Below are positions 30,155 to 35,661 of a stretch of 35,661 nucleotides of DNA, in pieces. The notes under the pieces were generated by a model that was given only the letters and a program-made list of their open reading frames with translations, ran no database searches and was not told the DNA's origin. Both the position numbers and the translations under genes were made by a program. The stretch comes from Candidatus Bathyarchaeia archaeon (GTDB taxonomy: Archaea > Thermoproteota > Bathyarchaeia > TCS64). The stretch covers positions 1 to 35,661 of the forward strand of contig JBEKDF010000027.1 in NCBI GenBank assembly GCA_050014495.1, given 5' to 3'. Within the stretch, counting starts at the first letter, position 1; each line of letters starts with the position of its first letter.

Positions 30155-31105
30155 TTAGACCTCGGCTATGGCCATCAGGACGTCACCCTCATTAACAGTT
30201 ACGGAGGTCCTGCTGGTACAAATTACTCCAACTATAGGAGACTCAACTTTCTGAACGGTTTCTCCTAGTATGTTCACCACCTCGCCGAGAATCTCTCCCC
30301 TCTTAACCTGGGCCCCAGCCTGGATTTTCTGAATCCACAGGCCTCCGTGTTGGGAGATTACTCTCTCAATACGTGGGTCAAGTTTCTGCTTCTTCAGCTT
30401 GGGTTTTCCCTCTATCATGCCCAAGAGTTTCATAACGTTGGTTATTCCCTCTAAGTGCCATTCGACCTCTTCTTCACGAACTGGGTAGGGCGTCCCAGTC
30501 TCCGGGGTAATACAGGGTATCTTGTACTTCGTCATCGCCTCCTTACTGCTTCCAATGATGTTTGTAGTCTGTGTGAAGTGGGAATCGTAGCATTGAGCCA
30601 TCTCAATCATTTTTTTCTGCAGCGTCTCGTCGTCGGTATTCGCTATTATAACGTATTTGTTTATGTCCTCTGTAAGGTCGCCGCCGTGTGAGTCGATCAG
30701 ATACTCGGATTTGGAGACGAATTCGGTGAATACCAGGTTGGCAACTCGTCTACTCATAGTCCCGTTTGGGTCGCCGGGGTAAACTCTGTTCTGGTTGACG
30801 TAGTCGATGGGATTGTTGAATGCGGCCTTGGCGTGGAATCCATCTGTGTTTACTAATGGCAGCAGAAATAGTACACCCTTTAGGGTCTGCGGCTCGATTG
30901 CGTTGGCCACCTTCAGAACACCTTCTGTACTGGCGTACTCGAGAGGGTGGACCCCGCCCAAGACGCATAGTTTTGGTCCAGCCTTCGAGCCGTTGATTAC
31001 TATGTAGGGCATTACTATGTCGTGGGTGGAGCCTTCACCCACCTTTAGGAAGCCTCTTACCTTCTCTCCTCTCTGAATCGATTTATCACCGATCTTTATC
31101 GACAA
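30155..31105 (-). CDS. AstE/AspA family zinc hydrolase
   Basis: GGVHPLE, NQNRVYPG, IDSHGGD, TPETG. Confidence 0.88.
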   Translation of the reverse strand: MSIKIGDKSIQRGEKVRGFLKVGEGSTHDIVMPYIVINGSKAGPKLCVLGGVHPLEYASTEGVLKVANAIEPQTLKGVLFLLPLVNTDGFHAKAAFNNPIDYVNQNRVYPGDPNGTMSRRVANLVFTEFVSKSEYLIDSHGGDLTEDINKYVIIANTDDETLQKKMIEMAQCYDSHFTQTTNIIGSSKEAMTKYKIPCITPETGTPYPVREEEVEWHLEGITNVMKLLGMIEGKPKLKKQKLDPRIERVISQHGGLWIQKIQAGAQVKRGEILGEVVNILGETVQKVESPIVGVICTSRTSVTVNEGDVLMAIAEV

Positions 31106-31168
31106 TGACTCACCGATTGAGTGTAGGTTTATAGGATAATAAAAGGTTTCAAGTTGAGTGTTTATAAG

Positions 31169-31465
31169 TCAAAGATTTATGGTATTTCCGCCCTTCTCAA
31201 CTAGAATCTTGACTAGCTCTTCATAACTGATAATATTCACGCAATCGAGGGGTTTGCCAGCGGTTCTCCTAATAATATCTGCTTCCATTGCGAATAACGT
31301 CGCTCCCTCTTCCCGCATCCTACTCAAGATATTTTTGTTTCTTCCATCGAGGGTGAGGTACGAGGCATCGGATAGGAAGACAATGGTAGCGTCTTTGGTT
31401 TTAGACACAGCTTCTGATGCTAACTCAAGCTTGACTTGATCACTCTTTGATAATATTACTAACAT
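31169..31465 (-). CDS. dsrH: DsrH/TusB-like sulfur relay protein
   Basis: VFLSDASY, FAMEADIIRR and ISYEELVKIL; follows dsrE and dsrF. Confidence 0.75.
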   Translation of the reverse strand: MLVILSKSDQVKLELASEAVSKTKDATIVFLSDASYLTLDGRNKNILSRMREEGATLFAMEADIIRRTAGKPLDCVNIISYEELVKILVEKGGNTINL

Positions 31466-31478
31466 TGTCTGGTCACCA

Positions 31479-31814
31479 TCAGAAACTGATCACGACATTA
31501 GCCATGGCTAACATATCCAAAATTCTATCGTGTTCAAAGGATTCCACCCCTTCAATTACCTCATCGAGTGCTACTCCTCGTTTCTTGAGGTCGTCGAGAT
31601 CCACCACGAGTGAGACATTGAGATCCTTCATTAATCTGAGGAATGGCTGTGTTTTGGCCTTATCTGATCCATTCAATGGATAGAATACGCCATCGCTCTC
31701 CCAAATTATACTCACCTTGTGATCGAAGAGGGACATCGCTGTTCTCAGTGCTTCGTAGTTGTTGAGTGTTGCAAATGGGGAGGAGCTCACGAGGAATATA
31801 ATGCTCTTCTCCAT
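31479..31814 (-). CDS. dsrF: DsrF/TusC-like protein
   Basis: SSPF, EALR, DGVF, DLKKRG and VISF C-terminus. Confidence 0.8.
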   Translation of the reverse strand: MEKSIIFLVSSSPFATLNNYEALRTAMSLFDHKVSIIWESDGVFYPLNGSDKAKTQPFLRLMKDLNVSLVVDLDDLKKRGVALDEVIEGVESFEHDRILDMLAMANVVISF

Positions 31815-32179
31815 TATGTGCCCCCCAAGAAGCTGAGCACCGAGTCGGCTTCCTTGATCTCTTCATTCAGCTCGCCTACTCCGGTCTCCTCCACGAAGTC
31901 TGGTTTCAACGTTCCACCTATGCCTCTGAGCTCTGTGCAGAGTTTGCAGCACATTATCCTGACCCCCATCTTGGAGAGAGCCTCGAGTTCTGTTGTTATT
32001 GATGCGGTTTTGAAGAGGTCGCCACGCTGAGTCTTAGTCATGTTATAAACTCCGTCCATGAATAGGAAGAGTGAGGCGTCGTGGCCGCTTTGTCTAGCTG
32101 TCCTTAATATTTTTAGAGAGTGGTCGACTATCTCCGACTGGAAGGGGGTCTCTCCAAGGATTATGAGGATCTTGCTCAA
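31814..32179 (-). CDS. dsrE: DsrE/TusD-like sulfurtransferase
   Basis: PF, FLFMDGVY, CCKLCTELRG (conserved Cys), ADSVLSF. Confidence 0.85.
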   Translation of the reverse strand: MSKILIILGETPFQSEIVDHSLKILRTARQSGHDASLFLFMDGVYNMTKTQRGDLFKTASITTELEALSKMGVRIMCCKLCTELRGIGGTLKPDFVEETGVGELNEEIKEADSVLSFLGGT

Positions 32180-32193
32180 GCTGACCCCGCCGT

Positions 32194-32418
32194 TTACTTG
32201 AGAACGATCGTGAAGGTGATGTCACCGTTTTTCTCTTGGATTGATTGCAAGGGATTTCCTGTTTCCTCGCACCACTTTGCGATCTGTTCCTTTGAGTCCG
32301 CGTCATCGGATATGATTTCGAGTGTTGAGCCAGGGGGGAGTTGCTTAACTACCCCTTTCAGGACCTGGAGGGGGCCGGGGCAGAATAGGCCCCTAGTGTC
32401 GATTGTCTTTTTCTCCAA
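32194..32418 (-). CDS. tusA: TusA/SirA family sulfurtransferase
   Basis: IDTRGLFCPGP motif and WCEETGN. Confidence 0.92.
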   Translation of the reverse strand: MEKKTIDTRGLFCPGPLQVLKGVVKQLPPGSTLEIISDDADSKEQIAKWCEETGNPLQSIQEKNGDITFTIVLK

Positions 32419-32426
32419 TCTAATTG

Positions 32427-33137
32427 TTACTCCTTGTAGGGGAACTCTGGGGGTGTTTTGTAGGTGCTAACCTTGCTTTGTGCTAGGCTCATTTTGATGA
32501 GGGCCTCGCAGATGTGTACTCCGGCGACGACGGGGTCGATTATGGGAACCTGAAGTGTCTTCTCTAGATCTGACCTCAAACCGGAGAAACCAGAGCAACC
32601 CATAACAATCAGCTCAGCTCCAGTCTCCTTCAGGGCTATTTCGCAGTTCTTAGCGATCATGTCCTTAGCGCTCATCCTATCGGCCATTACGCCGAGCACC
32701 GTTAAGCCAATTGGTCTAACAGCGTACTGGTAGTCGGGGATTCCAAGGGTCTTAATGTACCTGATCTGCCTGGGCACCGCGGTCTCCGCGCTTACCACTA
32801 CTAGGAACTTTGTTGAGAGTATTCGAGCCAGCGCGTAGGATGCCTCAGTTATCCCTACGACTGGAATCTTCACAAGCTCTTTCGCTGCCTCGATCCCTGG
32901 GTCGCCATAGCAGGCAATGACAACACCGTCGTATCCCTCCTTCTCAGCTTCAACGACTCTCTTGTGGACCTGTACCGATGCCATGTAGTTGTGGTAGTAG
33001 GACTCTAGGCCGACTGGTCCTTTCTCGGGACTTACGACGTCGCACTTCAGGTCGTCGCTGGTGTATGGGGCTATGGCGTCGGCGATGACTTTTGTGTTCT
33101 TGGGGTTGGTATTTGGGTTAATAACAAGTATCTTCAG
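32427..33137 (-). CDS. Asp/Glu/hydantoin (allantoin) racemase family protein; probable CTG start
   Basis: The frame extends 51 codons upstream of the ORF-track ATG to LKILVINPNT. Catalytic Cys motifs IACYGDPG and MGCSG; PIIDPV. Confidence 0.88.
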   Translation of the reverse strand: MKILVINPNTNPKNTKVIADAIAPYTSDDLKCDVVSPEKGPVGLESYYHNYMASVQVHKRVVEAEKEGYDGVVIACYGDPGIEAAKELVKIPVVGITEASYALARILSTKFLVVVSAETAVPRQIRYIKTLGIPDYQYAVRPIGLTVLGVMADRMSAKDMIAKNCEIALKETGAELIVMGCSGFSGLRSDLEKTLQVPIIDPVVAGVHICEALIKMSLAQSKVSTYKTPPEFPYKE

Positions 33138-33138
33138 T

Positions 33139-34161
33139 CTAGACCCATCCCGTCTTTTTATCTATCTTCAGTATTGTGAAGAGGGTATCACCTGGGTAAA
33201 CTACTCTTCTAGGATACATCGTGTGCACTACGCCATCTACTGGGGATTTGATCTCCTCGATCACGGAACCGTCAAGGTCCTTGATCAAACCTATCACCTG
33301 GCCCTTTTTCGGAAGAGCACCCTGGTCGATGAGGGCCATAAACACACCAGCCTTTGTTGGAGATGACCTCTGCCACTCCATGTCAAGGAAGTTCTGCTTC
33401 TTTGGCTTGGTGATCTTACCCTTCATCATACCGAAGTGCTTCAGAAGGTTCTTAGTTCCCTCGACGTGGGGCATGATCTCCTCCTCGGATGGCTGAGTGT
33501 TGAATCCTAGGCCGCTTTCAGTTATGATAGTAGCTACGCCTCGTGTCGCGAGCTCGTAGACTAAGGTTCCCTTCCCAGTGTGTCCAATGTCGGGGGTTCC
33601 CGGGAGGACATAGTCTAACCCAAACGCCTTGGCCATCGTCTCCGATGTTTCATCTATCTTTTGCCCTATTCGTGGATATATCGTGTGAACAAGGTGTGAC
33701 TCTGGCAGGTCCCCGCCTCGGAAGTCGGCATGATAGTTTGCTTTAGAGAGTATCTCGAATAATTTGTAGGCCAGAATTTCCGTTGGGCGGCCGTCTGGTT
33801 TGCCAGGGAAAGATGCGTTGATGTTACCCCCGTCAAAGGGTGTGATGGAGGACCTCAAACTTAGCCAGGGCGTCCTGAATTGGAAGACAGGCATGTTTAC
33901 AACGGGCACAGAAATGAACCTGCCAGTCAGATCTTTTGGCTCGATCTCGTGATACAATCTGGAGGCTGCTTCAACCCCGCAATATTCTGTGGGGTAGAGG
34001 CCCCCTGTGACTGCTAGGGTTGGGCCCTCCTTCTTGCCGCAGACTACTCCGACCGGCATATCGAAGCTCGTTGCTAGGTTATCAACGATCTTTACGTATC
34101 CAAACTTCTTCTCGCCGGGTTTAACGCTGAAGGGATCAAAATTCTCTTTGGTCATCAACAC
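33139..34161 (-). CDS. AstE/AspA-fold protein lacking both zinc-binding His
   Basis: Collinear with the other paralogues but GGLYPTE (His to Tyr), DFRGGD (His to Arg) and NINASFPG (Arg to Ala). Confidence 0.85.
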   Translation of the reverse strand: MLMTKENFDPFSVKPGEKKFGYVKIVDNLATSFDMPVGVVCGKKEGPTLAVTGGLYPTEYCGVEAASRLYHEIEPKDLTGRFISVPVVNMPVFQFRTPWLSLRSSITPFDGGNINASFPGKPDGRPTEILAYKLFEILSKANYHADFRGGDLPESHLVHTIYPRIGQKIDETSETMAKAFGLDYVLPGTPDIGHTGKGTLVYELATRGVATIITESGLGFNTQPSEEEIMPHVEGTKNLLKHFGMMKGKITKPKKQNFLDMEWQRSSPTKAGVFMALIDQGALPKKGQVIGLIKDLDGSVIEEIKSPVDGVVHTMYPRRVVYPGDTLFTILKIDKKTGWV

Positions 34162-34355
34162 TACTTTATTATCGAATGTAAAATAATTATCGCTGGGTGG
34201 ACCCTCGCGCGCGGTGGCGGTGTTGAGTTTATTGCTGTTCCTTATTTGTATGAGATTAGAATAGAGTTAGGTAGCTTGCTTCAATTCTGTAGGGGTGTCT
34301 ATTATACTCGAGTTTATAGAGGGAGCAGAGCCCTTAAAATTGAGGTGCTAGTTGA

Positions 34356-35390
34356 ATGGTTCTTCTCATCGGGGACGATGATGTTAAGAAAGCTGAGTTG
34401 ACGTCTGAGGAAGTAATTGGCGCTGTCGAGGATGCTTACAGGCAAGATGGAATGGGCCTTGCCCAGGACACTCCTAGGCGAGAGGTTAGGATAAAAGGCA
34501 AAGATCTTCCACACATCGCACCGGGTACTGAGAGTATAGGTCAAGGGTTAACCTTCTTAGAGAAGTCGAAGGTAGTAGTAATTTCTCACGCATTTCACTT
34601 CTCATGGCATCGATATGTGACTATGATAATCGACTCCGAAGAGGGTAAGACTCTCGCAATAATCAGCAGAGAAAGACCTCCCTTCGGAGTGAAACAGAAG
34701 GGAGCAGCCTCTGGTGATCTGAGAACCGGAGCTGCGGCCGCTATCGGAGCAAAATATCTAGCCAGACAACACGTAGAAAGTGTCGGTCTTTTAGGGACTG
34801 GTAATGTCGGGAGAGGATCACTTGCTTGCCTTTCAAAGGTTAGATCCTTTGACAGGTTGTATGTGCACTCTGGCAGGGGGAAAGATGAGGAGTTCGCCAC
34901 TGAGATGGGGCGAATACTCGGCGTTGAAGCTCACGCCCCAGATGATCCAAGAGACGTGGTGAAGAACGCAGACATACTTGTAACTGCTACTTACGCGACG
35001 ACGCCGATAGTGAGGGGAGAATGGCTTAAGGTAGGCTCTCACATAAGCGGCATGGGTTCGGATGACCCATTAAAAGCGGAGCTTGATGCACCCACTTTCA
35101 AGAGAGCGAATAAGATCGTGATAGACGGGGATAAGTGCCTTACCACTGCAGAATTGGCGAACCCAATTAGCCTCGGTATACTCACAAAGGCCAATATTTA
35201 TGGGAAAATATCGGAGATCGTTGCGGGTAAGAAGGCTGGGAGAAGCCGCGACGATGAGAACACCATATTCATGAGCGACGGAACTAATCTTCAATCCGCC
35301 GGAGTGGCCTATCTCACATACACTAAGGTTAAGGAGATGGGATTGGGAAGAGAGACATCATCGATTCCCCCTAACATATATAACACATAG
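34356..35390 (+). CDS. Ornithine cyclodeaminase/mu-crystallin family protein (intact copy)
   Basis: LRTGAAAAIGAKYLA, LGTGNVG, ADILVTAT, GSHISGMGSD; divergent N-terminal domain. Confidence 0.9.
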   Translation: MVLLIGDDDVKKAELTSEEVIGAVEDAYRQDGMGLAQDTPRREVRIKGKDLPHIAPGTESIGQGLTFLEKSKVVVISHAFHFSWHRYVTMIIDSEEGKTLAIISRERPPFGVKQKGAASGDLRTGAAAAIGAKYLARQHVESVGLLGTGNVGRGSLACLSKVRSFDRLYVHSGRGKDEEFATEMGRILGVEAHAPDDPRDVVKNADILVTATYATTPIVRGEWLKVGSHISGMGSDDPLKAELDAPTFKRANKIVIDGDKCLTTAELANPISLGILTKANIYGKISEIVAGKKAGRSRDDENTIFMSDGTNLQSAGVAYLTYTKVKEMGLGRETSSIPPNIYNT

Positions 35391-35394
35391 TCGA

Positions 35395-35541
35395 TTAAAC
35401 CCGAAGATATCTCTGCTTCTCCCCGAAGTCTAGGTAAGACTTTGCGCTTACACTAAGAAGGATCACCTTTTCTTCTTCCACTTCTTTCGCTTTCCTAGCC
35501 TCTTCAATAGCGGCTGCCACAGAATAGGCTGACTCCGGAGC
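35395..35541 (-). pseudogene. 3' remnant of a second TrpB2-like gene
   Basis: APESAYSVAAAIEEARKAKEVEEEKVILLSVSAKSYLDFGEKQRYLRV* matches the C-terminus of 21237-22529. Similarity stops at 35541 and an in-frame stop lies upstream at 35578-35580. Confidence 0.85.
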
Positions 35542-35577
35542 GCGCTGCCTTGTCCCGAAATTACCCCGATATTGGTT

Positions 35578-35661
35578 TTAAATGGTCTTAATTCCCCTCA
35601 CAGGATTTAATGGCAAATACGGGCATATCCTAAACACCTCACCTCCTCGTAGAAGCGATTA
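35578..35661 (-). mobile_element. Possible decayed transposase fragment
   Basis: NRFYEEVRCLGY, then a frameshift to LPLNPVRG, resembling the segment after D-x-GYD in IS5/IS1182-type DDE domains. Short and at the window edge. Confidence 0.25.

Noticed and set aside
34217..34230. 14-nt match (GCGGTGTTGAGTTT) to the KLNTA region of the TrpB2-like gene
   Set aside because: Flanking sequence does not continue the similarity, and matches of this length are expected by chance in a 35-kb self-comparison.
479..35294. Numerous short antisense or overlapping ORFs in the track (e.g. 3095-3595, 5289-5690, 12614-12973, 33061-33366)
   Set aside because: They are shadows of well-supported genes on the opposite strand or in another frame, with no family motifs.
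8098..35390. Genome-wide TAG reassignment or selenoprotein recoding
   Set aside because: Many genes end at TAG at their expected C-termini. Redox and sulfur proteins (thioredoxin, TusA, DsrE) use Cys, and no in-frame TGA extension was evident.
1..35661. CRISPR array, tRNA/rRNA, defence or viral genes
   Set aside because: No regularly spaced repeats, cloverleaf-like segments or recognisable defence/viral proteins were seen by eye; a covariance-model scan was not possible.

Overview
Archaeal genomic window. The BRE-TATA promoters, GGTGA Shine-Dalgarno sites, many TTG/GTG starts, TACK-type TatA, TrpB2-like enzyme and IorAB suggest a Bathyarchaeia-like organism, but that assignment is inference only. 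Almost the whole window is an accessory catabolic island. It carries iorAB, a NicX/M29-fold protein, an M14 carboxypeptidase, homoserine dehydrogenase, a thioredoxin, a bicupin, tatA-tatC-tatA, a Gfo/Idh/MocA oxidoreductase and a Dpp/Opp ABC transporter whose binding protein has a twin-arginine signal. It also carries four AstE/AspA-family, two creatininase-family, two amidohydrolase_2, two SDR and two ornithine-cyclodeaminase (OCD)/mu-crystallin paralogues, a divergent TrpB2-like PLP enzyme, a DUF362 protein, and an operon of AstE-like protein, hydantoin-racemase-like protein and tusA-dsrE-dsrF-dsrH. Main observations: (1) many enzymes have rewired active-site motifs, often as one canonical plus one altered paralogue; (2) an OCD + TrpB2-like module is duplicated and has decayed reciprocally (in-frame TAG in one copy, truncation in the other); (3) the racemase apparently starts at CTG; (4) there are several unannotated gene relics (BlaI-like, IS5/IS1182-like, tatC 3' end, TrpB-like 3' end); (5) GCGCGC or alternating purine-pyrimidine tracts recur at relic junctions. 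No rRNA, tRNA or CRISPR array was recognised.
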